From contig CBDCCK010000002.1 of NCBI GenBank assembly GCA_965214835.1, positions 2,336,001 to 2,400,000 of the forward strand: 64,000 bases of DNA. Reading direction: 5' to 3'. Positions 36,545 through 48,679 of this stretch are shown here, piece by piece. The notes under the pieces are model-generated. The model was given only the letters and a program-made list of their open reading frames with translations. It did no database searches and was not told the DNA's origin. The stretch is from Nitrosopumilaceae archaeon. GTDB lineage: Archaea > Thermoproteota > Nitrososphaeria > Nitrososphaerales > Nitrosopumilaceae. The translations under genes were made by a program, and so were the position numbers. Position 1 is the first letter of the stretch. Every line of letters begins with the position of its first letter.

Positions 36545-39500
36545 CTATGTGCCACCTACGCCCAAGGAGTCCGATAGGCCATCCTCAAACCCAAGGTGCA
36601 CTAGGAGTGCCCCGTCATAGTCTCCCATACAAGTATGTTCGACGGCGGTTTCTGTGTCTTCGTCGGCCAGTACAGCCATCTCCACATGGCACTCGTGAGC
36701 GGCCGACACGTAGCTGGCAGGCAGCAGTGCCGAATATATCATGACATCATCCAGTACGGTGTCCTGCGCAGGCCCGCCGCCGATGCTGTTGGCGTCTATC
36801 TTAAGCAGATACTCGTTTGCAGCGTATTCTGACAGTAACATGACATGCTTGCCCCGCCTGTCGATCTGTCCGTCCACGTACACGTCGAGTCCGCCGCTGC
36901 TCCCGGAGCCGTCATAGGTGAACACGACGTGGTGCCAGCGGCCGTCGGCCACGCTGGAGAACGTACTGGTGCCTATCTGATCCTGCGCGTTGTCAGTCAT
37001 CATGAGTGAGATCCCGCCGCCGGGGCGGTTCCACACGGTGATACCTTGATGCATGTCCGCATCGTCCTTTGATATGATCGACGAGTCCGGGTCTCCCAGA
37101 CCCGTATTTTTGATCCAGAACGCAATGCTGAACGGATCGTCCACGCCAAGATCGAGGACTGGCGCAGTGGCAAGTGTGATATGTGCAGTATCATCAAGAT
37201 CCAGTGCTCGGCCGGCCGGGCCATACGTGGATAAGGAGGCCCACCCGGGAGGGTTCCATTCCCTTACCTCCACACTGCGATCGACATGCGGGATGACTAC
37301 TGATGGTATCAGTATGTCCGGTTTGGGGGCGTTCTCAAACTCGGCCACCCTGTTGCCGCCGTTGTATATCTCCGAATACCGTCGTATCCAATCCGTTTCT
37401 AGAGACGCTGTCGCATTGTCGCCGCCGCGACTGGTCTCCATCTTGTTCATCTGCCTGTGGTTTCTGTCATTATAATCTACTATTACGATCTTTTTGGTTT
37501 TTTGCGGTTGTGCGGTATGTTTGCCAAAGAAGTCATATACAACCATGCCAGAATCGGTAAGATTGTAGGCCTGCGGCAGCCACGATTCGTGAAACTGTAA
37601 CATGATTATTCCCGCCTCAGAGTCCGCATAGTTTTGCAGCGTAAAGGATACTGCTTCAGAGTACACGGATGTCACGTCCCAGTGCACAAGCACGCCCGAC
37701 GTGGACAGGCCGAGTGCCGCGATCACAAGCACAGCAGCCAGCAGCAGTGTGCGCTGCCCGCTTGAACCCAACCGTCCCGCGGATGCCCTTTCGATTCCGC
37801 TGCCGATCAGTGCGGCGGCGGCAATGCACATCGCAGTCCACAGCATTCCTAGGTGGGAGTACGATACGTATCGTAATAGGTTAGCCCCTGCCTAGTTGAT
37901 TTTTTCTGACCACCTGATCTATAAACTATCATTACCCGGGAAATACATGCCTACAGCCTCGGAATTCAAGGAACTATGCAATGAGCTTGCCCGCGAAAAA
38001 GCGGAACTTCAGAAGGAGCAGAAGGAACATCAGAGGACGCAAGGCAAGCTTCAGAAGGAGCAGAAGGAACATCAGAGGACGCAAGGCAAGCTTCAGAAGG
38101 AGCAGAAGGAACATCAGAGGACGCAAGGCAAGCTTCAGAAGGAGCAGAAGGAACATCAGAGGACACGGGAGGAGCTTGCCGCTGAGAAGGCGGGACGCAA
38201 ATCTGACAATGCCGTCTCTGCCGCGCAAATCGCGACGCAGACAGCACAAATCAAGCAGTTCAAACAACGCATCACATATTATGAGAACCCGCACAGCCCC
38301 TCCTCGCAGAACTCGATTCCGACCAGGCAGAAAAAGGCAGCAGCCGCGGCAGGGGCATCTGGAAGGGCACCTACAAGGCCGGGCCGCAGGCCCGGACACG
38401 AGGGCATATCACACAGGAGAACACCGACCCGGGAAATGAACCACGTGCCTGACATGTGCGGCGCGTGCAACGGGCGCGACCTGACAGATCCGGTTCCCGC
38501 CGGAACTAGGATGGCTACTGACATTCCAGAGATCCCAGAGCCGGTCACGACACAGCACTACTTTACCCGCCGCAAGTGCCGCAAGTGCGGCGCCATCACC
38601 ACGACAAACGGGGGCGGGCTGGTCGTTCCGGGCACCGAGTTTGGACCCAACATTGCCTCCTATATCGGCACCCTGTACACCATGCCGGCATCCGTCGGCT
38701 CGATCAGGCGCATCGTAAAGGAGATCTTTAAAATTGATGTAAGCAAGGCGATGATACAGAACTGCCTCAAGACCGTTACAAAGAAGCTTGATCCGTGCGT
38801 GGAGGACATCAAAAAAGACATTGCAGGATGCGACCACGTCCACATGGACGAGACGGGGATGCCATACGACGGCAAGAGCGGCTACATGTGGGTGGCAGTG
38901 GGCGTCAAGGACGGCAATGCCGTCGGCGCGCACATGGTGGCAACTGACAGCAGGAGGGCATCCGTACTGGATGAGCACTTTTCATACGTGCCCAGAGTCG
39001 GGGTGACTGACGGATACCCCGGATACGACAAGTTCTTTGGCAGGAACAGGCAGCGGTGCTGGGCCCACATAATCCGGGAGGCAGACGCCCAAAGCGAGAA
39101 AACGGACTCCCCGGAGGTTCGCGCCGCAGGCGAGCGCCTCAAGTGGCAGATGCATTGCGCCAAGGGGCCGGGGCCGCCGGAGGAGGCTGCCAGGCAGCAC
39201 GACAGTCGGGTGGCAGAAACACGCGAGATTGCCGCCACATACAGGAAGGAAGGATGTGACAGCTGTGCCACAAAGATTGACAACGCCTCGGAGTTTCTCT
39301 ACACGTTTACGACGCGTCCTGGGATGGATCCCACCAACAACCTGGCAGAGCGCACGCTGAGGCCCGGCGTGATCGCGCGCAAGATACGGTTCGGACTGCG
39401 GACAAAAGACGGACAGAAGATGTTCGGTAACATGTTGACGTGCATCGAGACATGGCGCCTCCGGGGGTGCAACGTTACGGACATGATCAGGGACGCGCTG

Positions 39501-40702
39501 GTCAGAAACCCCGGGTACGTGGTCGTCTGCCCCTAGCAATCCTGCACTAATCTGCCTGCAGTTGTGATTTTCATGCCTGAAAAGACGGTGGGTGTGACTT
39601 TAACTCTAGGCAGGGGCTAACCTATTACTACGTATCCTATTGATCCGAAGAACAATGAGACAGGTACAAACCACAGCACAAGAAATCTGTTGCGCACGGC
39701 CAGCGCAAAAGCGAGCCCTGCCGTACCCAGCGACACCATGACAGGATCTGTCGCGAACACCTGCACCACGGCCCACAGCATGATCGCAGGATGTGTCAAT
39801 ATGTCAGGATCCTGGTCTTGGTGCAGGGCCACCTGCGTGTGCATCTGCATCTCGTTCAGCATGCTTTGACCGTCCCTGTCGGCCTGCCACAGGACGCCGT
39901 TTACCCATCCATCAAAGTCACCTGTCAGCGCAGCAGCCGCGGGCCATGCTGCCGCAATAATGATTACAGACGCAAGCCACAACAGCAGCATCCGCCCCGG
40001 CCTCCTACCGATCGACCATACCAAGGCGAGGACTAGTGGGATCATGACAAGCGAGGGGATCTTGACAAGCATGGCACATCCCATGCAGGCGCCAGATAGA
40101 AGAACCATCAAGCGCGTCTTGTCTGGGGTCTGCGGTAGCAGCTCCCCCCCTCCCCTCCTCACTTGGAACGGGCCGCGTGCGTACATTGCAAGCAGAACGG
40201 AAGACAGGACAAACGGAAGGAAAATCGAGTCCAGCAGAACCAGCCTGAGCGTCAGCGATAAGGGCATTGTCGCAAACAGGACAGCTGCGATCGGCGCGGC
40301 CCTGCGCCCGAATCCCCTCTCGGCTATCTTGTATATCAAAAAGGTGTCCAGAACTGCAAGCAGGCCCATGAGGATGCGCGGTGCCCCATATAGCATCCCA
40401 AGCGAGGACGTATCCTCCGGTGTGACAAAGGAGTCTGGGTACCCTGTGGCATGAAAGAATCCTGCCAGTATCGTCCAGCCAAGGAAAGGGTGGTCGTGCT
40501 TGTCTACCAGCATCTTGTGATGATCCAGGACGTCCAGGGCCCGGTCTATGTAGACTCCCTCATCTATTTCCCACTGTGGAAATCCTGCAGGGTTCCACAG
40601 GTGCGTATACGCAGAAAGCGACAGTATGACTGCAAGCAGGAGGAGATGCTCGTGTCCTGACAGACAGCCTGTGCGAAAAATGGCATGTCTGAGGCCAAGC
40701 AT
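36545..40702 (-). pseudogene. ArnT/PMT-like GT-C membrane glycosyltransferase with C-terminal LamG domain, split by IS66
   Basis: IDEGVY, DHPFLG, many TMs; LamG WHHVVFTYDG; halves join in frame across TSD tacgtatc. Confidence 0.88.
37873..39628 (+). mobile_element. IS66-family element, intact single-ORF transposase
   Basis: Perfect TIR gtaataggttagcccctgcctag; 8-bp TSD tacgtatc; HMDETG, TDGY, QRCWAH, PTNNLAER. Confidence 0.96.
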
Positions 40703-40751
40703 GGCTTGTCCTCTGCCATTTGACCAAATAACGGTTTGGTACGAGGTCACC

Positions 40752-42373
40752 GTAAGAGTTTACCCCTCATCCGTATAATTTAGATTGAGCACAAGGCCAA
40801 TTTTTGATCACCATCTGGATCCATATGCATCCAGATCACACCTGTATTCATTGCCTGATTCAGAGACCAAGATACTACGCGACGAGTTGGCCCGCACCAT
40901 AGCCGAATTAGGCAGGAAGGACAGGATCATCGCAGACAAGGATCAGACGATAACCATGCTTGTCGAACAGATGGCCGAGTCCTCGGTGACAATCGTGATG
41001 CAGGCATCACAGATCAGCTGGTACAGGCAAAAGGGACCAGAGGGGGTAGCAGCATCTGAGGCGCAGACTGCCGAACTGAAAGCAGAAAACCAGCAGCTCA
41101 GACAGCACATCAAATATTACGAAAACCCGCACACCCCATCCTCGCAGAACTCGATTCCGACCAAGCAGAAAAAGACTGCTGCTGCAAAGGCATCAGGCAA
41201 CGTACCGGCATCTGCAAAGGCAAAGCCGGGCCGCAGGCAGGGACACGAGGGGATATCACACAAGAGAATGCCGACCGAATTTGTAAAGCACTGCCCCAAA
41301 AAGTGCGGCAAGTGCGGCAGCACCAACATGAAGAAGCCGAAAAAGATCTTCTCCAAACTTGTGACCGATACCCCCAGGAGGCCCGAGCCGGTCACGACAC
41401 AGCACACCGCATACAGGCGCAAATGCGCCGACTGCGGCAACATGTGCATCGAAGACGACAGGTCATGGAACGTGCCGGGAACCGAGTTTGGACCAAACAT
41501 CACGGGGATGATGGCCGCAATACGCGTGGCACCTGCCTCCATACAGGCCACGGCCACACTGTGCTCAGAAATCCTGGGCATGGACGTCTCAGAGGCAGGC
41601 GTGCTGCAGTGCCTGAGGGCCGGTGCCAATGCGATAAAGCCCAGCGTAGAGGGCATCAAGCAGGCCATCAAGGATTCTGATTATCTGCATATTGACGAGA
41701 CTGCCATGCCATACAACGGCAGGACGGCCCGCATATGGGTAATAGTAGGCAGGAACAAGGACGGCACCACAACCGGCGTCCACACGCTGGCCGCACCCAG
41801 TAGAGGCAGGGCCGTAGTTGACATGAACTTTCCGTATTATGACAAACCGGTCACAGTCGACGGGTACGGCGTATACGCCGCATTCAAGACCAGGCAGTGG
41901 TGCTGGGCCCACATACTCCGGGAGGCCAGGGAGGCCTGCAAGGCTTCTAGGCAGGCCCACGCGCTGTATGTGGCCCTTAAGAAAAAGTTCATCCATGCCA
42001 AGGGGCTGGGGCCGCCGGAGGAGGGCGCCGCCCGGCACGACATGCTGGTGGCAGAAACGCGCGGGCTGGCCGAGGCATTCGGCATGGAGGCCGGATGCGA
42101 GAGCTTTGCCACAAAGCTTGGGAACGCCTCGGAATACTTGTACACGTTCACATTGCATCCTGGCATGGAGCCCACCAACAACCTGGCCGAGCGCATGCTG
42201 AGGCCGTCCGTAATTGCGCGCAAGGTATTCCAGGGACTCCGTACCATGGAAGGCATGGAGATGTTCACCGTATTGATGACGTGCGCGATGAACTGGCGCG
42301 CCCGGGGGTGCGGCGTGAGGGAAATGCTCGTCAAGACCATGACAGGAAACGTCGCCTGAGGGCAAACTCTTAC
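40752..42373 (+). mobile_element. IS66-family element (transposase 40785-42359)
   Basis: TIR gtaagagttt / aaactcttac; DDE motifs; no TSD seen. Confidence 0.93.
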
Positions 42374-42398
42374 AGCTGATAACTCGCATACGTTTTTT

Positions 42399-43487
42399 AT
42401 GTGTGATAGCCGCCAAAATGTCGCGTTGAGACTGTTGTGCGTCTGCCAGGAATCAAAATTACTTCCTGAACGGGAGATCATCGAAAACCTAGGGGAATAC
42501 TCGATAGCGTGGAAGATCGTCGGCACGAGTCAGTTCCTTGAAAAGGGCGTCAGAAGACTGCCCATACTAAACAGAACAAAAAAGAAAAAATTCGAAAGGC
42601 TGCTAGATGAGTTCAACCCCGATTTTGTCATGCTGGACAGTCCAAGCGAGCTGGGGCCTATTGCAGCCGGCAAAAAAATACCGGTGCTGGTGTATTTCTG
42701 GGACAACTGGTCGTACCGGGAAATGGAAAGGGACAAGATGGTTTATCGCAGCATGTATCATGCCGTACGGGCCCGCGTGATGAATCCCTGCCTGAAAAGG
42801 GCCTCCGTCATACTTGCCGAGACTGACTCCGTAGCCGATACCATAAGGGAGCACCATCCCCGAAGCAGCGTGACGACGTTCCCCTATTCCAGCATAGATA
42901 CGGACTATTGGAGCGGCGACGGGCGCAATGGCAGGGGCATGGCGCTGAGACATCCGTGCGTGGGCCTGTTGCAGCATGCCAACGAGTGGTTCAAGGCAAA
43001 GGAGATGCTCATCCTGCCCCGGGTCGTCGAGGCGCTCCCACACGTAACATTCTACTGGGCCGGCGACGGGCGGTACCGCGACAGGATACTGGGGCCGCTG
43101 GCCGGATACGACAACTTTGAGTGGCTGGGGGCACTCGAATACCCCGACAGGGTCAGGGACTATCTCTCCTCGATCGACATATACGGCCTTGCCAGCGCCA
43201 TCGAAATGTCGCCGTACTCGCTAAAACAGGCCATGTCCATGGGCGTGCCGGCGATCGTCACAGATAGTGACTACATATCAGCAACGATGCTGGACGGTAA
43301 GACGGGGTTTCTGGTCAGACGGGGGGATCATGAGGGATGGATAGAAAGGATCTTGCTGCTGCTAGGTGACGCAGAGAGGGCGCAGGAGGTGGGGAGGCAG
43401 GGGCGCAGGTTTGTACGGGACAGCTGGGACAGCAGGCTGGCAGCAGAAAAGCTTGTCGCCATCCTCAAAAGCGTCAGGTCAAAATGA
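42399..43487 (+). CDS. GT4 glycosyltransferase
   Basis: FYWAGDG, EMSPYSLKQAMSMGVP, DGKTGFLV. Confidence 0.88.
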   Translation: MCDSRQNVALRLLCVCQESKLLPEREIIENLGEYSIAWKIVGTSQFLEKGVRRLPILNRTKKKKFERLLDEFNPDFVMLDSPSELGPIAAGKKIPVLVYFWDNWSYREMERDKMVYRSMYHAVRARVMNPCLKRASVILAETDSVADTIREHHPRSSVTTFPYSSIDTDYWSGDGRNGRGMALRHPCVGLLQHANEWFKAKEMLILPRVVEALPHVTFYWAGDGRYRDRILGPLAGYDNFEWLGALEYPDRVRDYLSSIDIYGLASAIEMSPYSLKQAMSMGVPAIVTDSDYISATMLDGKTGFLVRRGDHEGWIERILLLLGDAERAQEVGRQGRRFVRDSWDSRLAAEKLVAILKSVRSK

Positions 43488-43550
43488 GCGAATCCGAAGG
43501 GAACCAGATCAGGGTGGCCTTTATCTACAAGCCGTCGTGGAGGTACTATG
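43484..43550 (+). pseudogene. 5' stub of the next gene, cut by IS5
   Basis: ATG overlaps the upstream stop; MSESEGNQIRVAFIY then the IS end. Confidence 0.5.
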
Positions 43551-46486
43551 GGGGTTGTCGCCTAATTCACCTCAGGCCGCCTCCACCGGCACGCCAATCT
43601 TTGCGGCACACTCCATCCTGTTTTGCACCTCGATGTTCCATCCTGTGGCCCTGCACAGGCCGCACCTCCGGCGGGTAGACGCCTTTCTAAACCAGCACGT
43701 CAGCCTGTGGCCCTCTCTCCTCTGCGCCGAAGACGCACTCGATCAGCGAGCGCATCTTGTAGGCCTCGCTATCAAGCATCTTGGCTGCCTTTTTCGTAAC
43801 AGGTCGGGCTCGGGAAGTTCAGGCGTGAATCTTGCCACCTTGGAGGCCCCCTTGAGCAGCACCCCGGGTTAGCAGGAAGATCTGGAGGAATCACAACACA
43901 TAAAGATCCCAGGATCTGCCTTCCGGGTATTGGTTGGGGATCCTGACATTACGGACGTGGACTGGAGAATTCCCGACGTGATCCGCCTGTTTGAACACAT
44001 GAGGTCAAGGGTGGAGAAGGTTGAAAACGAGAACCAGCAGCAGCAAGAGGAAATCGGACAGCTGCAGAAAGTGATCCAGCAGCAGCAAGAGGAAATCGAA
44101 CGGCTAAGGACACTGCTCGGCCAGCAGATACCGGCGTCCGGATCCGGGCCGGCAGACGGCTCGGTCCCAAAGGAGGCCCGCAAAGAGCCGAACTCGCGCG
44201 GCTATAACGTGCGCAAGTTCCACGACTTTCCGCATCCTGAAAAGGCGGCCCCGAAAAAGAAGCCAGAGACCAAGGCAGTCACCCGCACGTGCACGGCAGA
44301 CGCCGAGTTCTGCCCCGGATGCGGCGACAAGCTCTCTGACTGGTGCGAAAGGTACACAAGAAAGTCCAAGGATCTGGTCGACGGCAAGTGGACCGAGACG
44401 GAATGGGACGTCACCAAGCGCTACTGCAAGTCATGCAAGAAAAAGCGCGCCGCCCCCGTGCCCGGCGTGCTGCCGGACGAGCATTACGGCACGCGCATCA
44501 TCGGGATAATCGTGTTTCTTCGCTGCATGTGTATATCCTTTGAAAAGATCCAGATCATACTGCACACGCTTCACGACGCCTACATACCAAAGTCCACCCT
44601 GATCCACCTGTGTGATGTATCGACTACCAGGATGATGCCTGTATATGACGGCATTCTGGAGGGAATACGGCGCTCAGAGTCCGTCGGGGGTGATGAGACG
44701 GGCTGGTTTCTCAACGGGACGGGCCACTGGGTCTGGGTGCTTGTGACCCGGTTCTCGGTGTTCTACCACATAGCGCCGTCCCGCTCAGGCGACGTCATAG
44801 ATTCCCTGATGGCAGCCTTTGACGGCATCGTCTCATCAGACTCGTACTCGGTGTGGAACCGCATCGGCGGCAAGCACCAAAAGTGCCTCCTGCACTACTT
44901 TCGGGACATGTACCTGACGCTGGATAAAAACGGCAGCGCCGAGTACGGCACGCTGTTTTACAGGCTGCGCGGCATCCTAAAGGACGCAATAGAGATGGGC
45001 AAGGCCACGCCCGGGGAGGTGCAGTGCCTCAAGTACCGCATACACAAGCTTGCCTCGGCCGCGTACACGGACACGGACTGCATCCGATATACAAAGCGCC
45101 TCAAAAGGGAGGTCGACGACCTGTTTACGTTCCTGGAGCATGACGTCGAGTATCACAACAACGGCAGCGAGAGGGTACTGCGCATGATTGCCGTGATACG
45201 GAAGATCCTGTACGGAAACAGATCCGAGAAGGGAATGAAGATGACTGAGACCATGTGTACAGTATACGCCACGTGTGAGCTGCGCGGCGTCAACTTTTGC
45301 TCGTTCGTAACGGACTATCTTGACGGCAGGGTCACGGAGATCCCGATGCCTGCCCCGCAAGTCGGCGCGGCGGCAGCATAAACAAAGGCATGACAGGCCC
45401 TGCAGGCACGCCCTGAATCCGGATGCGCATGGCTGCTGCCATGGAATAGCAATACAATGATAGCGGTGGCTGCCGTAAATGGTGTGCGGTACACGAATTC
45501 GGTTCCGCTCATGTGCCACCGCAGTCCGGAGCCCGAAAAACATGGCAGATTGTGCCAAAATCCAGCTTCCGGAGCCCGATCAGACAGATTCGTGCCTGGA
45601 ATCAGGAACAGCTTCCGGAGCCCGACCTGTTACCCTTTTTCCTGTACTTTGTTTTGGTGTTGACCGCGTTTGACCTCTGCTTGATGTTGGGTTTCATTCC
45701 GGCCTCTATGACGAGCCTTACGTTCCTGTCCGAGTCATACCACTTGTCGGCGTTGAAGATGCCGGAGAACCTGATGCCGGTCCTCTTGATCCCCCTGAGA
45801 AGATCTTCCAGGATGGTGGTGTCTGCCATCTTGTCTGACGTGATGCGGCAGGCCACGATAACCTGCAGGCCTGTGACGGCGGCCACGTGCCATTTGATGT
45901 ATTTCTTGTAGGATTTGGATTTTCTGATCCTTTCGGCCTTTTTGGCGGTCTTGGGCTTGAGATCTTTCTTCCTCCTCTTGTCGTTTCTGTCCGTAACGAC
46001 TCTGGTGCTGTTGGCTGCAAGCATGAGCGTCGACGGATCATGCCCGGCAAGGCACATTCGTGCAGTCTCGTCCACAATCGCCTCCAGCCACTTGTGGGGA
46101 ATCTTTTGCATGAGCTTGCCGATGGTGCTGTGGTCAGGTATAGGCTCGTCCCATGGCAGACTCGGGCTCCCAGCAAGGTCCTGCATGTCGCGGTACGTCT
46201 TGTTCCAGCATACCATCAGGATGCACAGGCAGGCAAGCTTGTCTCTGCCGTGGACCGTGGGTCATCCTAGCCCCGAATTGGTCTGGACAGGACACGGGTT
46301 CTCCTTGATCAAAGAAACTATGTTGGATATGAGGAACCCGGATTCTTTGGTGTGGGCAGCGTGGTAGTACATGTAGCACCCCTTGCGCCTTTTGTGCTTC
46401 TTCATTAACTACCCCACACCCGATCTGATCAATATGTGTGGGGATTGAGAAAATTAGGCCAAATTATCTAATTAGGCGACAACCCC
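43551..46486 (-). mobile_element. IS5-family element interrupted by IS66
   Basis: TIR ggggttgtcgcctaatt; PDHSTI, ADKWYD; candidate parent of the 129-bp MITEs. Confidence 0.88.
43796..45633 (+). mobile_element. IS66-family element (transposase 43930-45381)
   Basis: TIR gtaacaggtcgggctc; 8-bp TSD cctttttc; GDETG, HQKCLLH, HNNGSER. Confidence 0.95.
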
Positions 46487-46746
46487 GGCCCAAAGCGCGG
46501 ACTGTACATACACGTTTACTCGCGCCTAGATCTTGACGAGGTGTGCGAGGGTCTTGAGTATGTCGTTGCGCCCTGCGAGCAGGTGACCGGGCGGGACAGC
46601 CCAAATACTGGCACATGGTAACAGTGGGAGGCCGTACTCAGGAAGAGGTGGCATGAGGGTCGTTCCATGCAGAAAACATGTCCGGATTTGTGTGTAGGAA
46701 AAGGCCGTAGCGCGCACAGTTGACAGTGGGATGTTTTTTATCGCAT

Positions 46747-48224
46747 GCACGATATGTCAAAATTATGTTCCAATTTTTGATGTGCGTACTATGCAAGCTT
46801 GCCGCCGAAGCTGTACCCCGTCTTGGTGTACTGAGCAATTATGGTCTTCACGTCAGTAGTTCCTCGATGTACTTTTGCAGGCACGATAATTACGCAATTT
46901 GCCGAGATTTTTTGACCATCATACTATAGATCAGGCGGTGTGCCAACCATCATCATGTCAGTAACACAAAACGACGTGTTTGCACACCAGTTTGACATAA
47001 CATCGAGACAGTTTAAAACATTGCGACGGCGGTTTCCCAAGCTCGGGCTGGCCGTCTCAAAGAGTCGCAACGCAGTGTATGACCACATCGACGCACTGCG
47101 CGTTCTATATTTCATGTCTGAGAGGAGGATGTTTGCAGAATCTGCCGTGACGCACCTTCGCAGGCGGGCCTCAAAATGCAGCAGGCAGCAGCATGACGAC
47201 GGGGCTGCCTCCAAGGGCGGCGCGTATAGTTGCCGTACGCCTAGTTCGGACTGGATCCTAAAGGCGATCCGGGGCGTCAGCCTGGATGATGCGCAAAAGT
47301 GGTGCAGCTCCATGCTGCAGCATACGGTAAGGTGCGCCCGCAGGTCAGGCATGCTGCACAACACGGACGTCGTGGCAGTGGACGTTACCGACGTGGAATA
47401 CTATGGCAAGGGTCTGGAGGATATCACCAGAAAGTCAAAGCCCAAGAACGGCACGTCGACGTTTCTCTCGCACATTACCATGCACGGAATAGGATCAGAT
47501 GACGGGTCTGACCTCGTGCTTTCCTCGCTACAGCTTCCAAAAGAGGCAAAACTGGCCGATTTCGTGCCCAAGATGATCCGCAAGGCGTCCAGATCAGGGA
47601 TGAGGATCAAGACGTTCCTGTATGACCGCGGGTTCTTTAACGTGGACTGCATGAGGGCTGCAGAAACAAGCACGGGCAGCTACATCATGCCTGCCGTCAA
47701 GAACAGGAGGATAGTGGCGGCAATAGAGGAGCATGACCGCGGAGAACGCGGTGCGGTATCAAAATATACAATGACCAACAAGGACGGCAAGAGCGCCACA
47801 TTCAGGCTGATCATTGTGGAAAAGGACGAGGTAGAAAAGGACGGCACGGCAGCAGCAAAGAAGGACAAGGCAGAGGGGACCATAGCCGACAGGTACCAGG
47901 GTCTTTGCCACCAACATGTCTGCTAAAAGTGCAGAGGCAGTCATTGAGCAGATGCCGGAGGAGTACCGCAGTCGGTGGGGAATCGAGACGGGGTTCAGGG
48001 TGATCAAGGGGATGATGGGCAAGACGTGCAGCAACTCCCCGGCAGTCAGGCTGCTGCTGTTCTATATGTCTGTCATACTGTACAACCTGTGGAGGACTGC
48101 CGTGTTCATAGACGTGGAATCCAAGTGGGACGGATTTGCAGGAGGGAAGGGGTTTACCATGATGCTGTTTGTCGCGTGCATTGTCGATGCGGCCGACTCG
48201 TTTGTAAACGATCGCGGAAAGTAG
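46747..48224 (+). mobile_element. ISH3/IS4-family element, transposase frameshifted at about 47900
   Basis: VAVDVT, YDRGFF, YRSRWGIETGFR. Confidence 0.88.
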
Positions 48225-48679
48225 CGGAGGTGCCGTGTCGGGTCTGCAAAAGTACATCTAGGAAGTACTGACGTGCAATACCATCCGGGTGCAGTCGTGG
48301 TTGGGGAGTACATGCTTGGCCTCGTGGAGTACGAGCTGTAGCTGCTTGTATGGTGTGGAGCAAAAGTTCTTCAATACATATGGGCATGAACTACGCAGGG
48401 AGATGCTTTCCGTTGTTGAAGAAGTTATGTTTTTCGCTATACAGTGATTCCTCGGTGCATCCCTTGTGTACATGTGACTCGGCATTGCGCAGCATATGCA
48501 TCCAGTACCTCTGCGGACTCTCGTACCTGCGGTACGGCTTGTTGCTGTGGAGTTGTCGCATAATTCCACCTACCTGACTCAATCTGTATGCTTTTCTGAA
48601 TTTCCAACCACCTCTGCACGCCTCGATCCGGATAACATCGTACGGCCTTTATGGGTTCTGATGAATTAGACGACAACCC
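48225..48679 (-). pseudogene. IS5-like transposase remnant
   Basis: End aattagacgacaaccc resembles the IS5 TIR; degenerate KPYRRY...YSEKH and PNHD...W segments. Confidence 0.45.
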
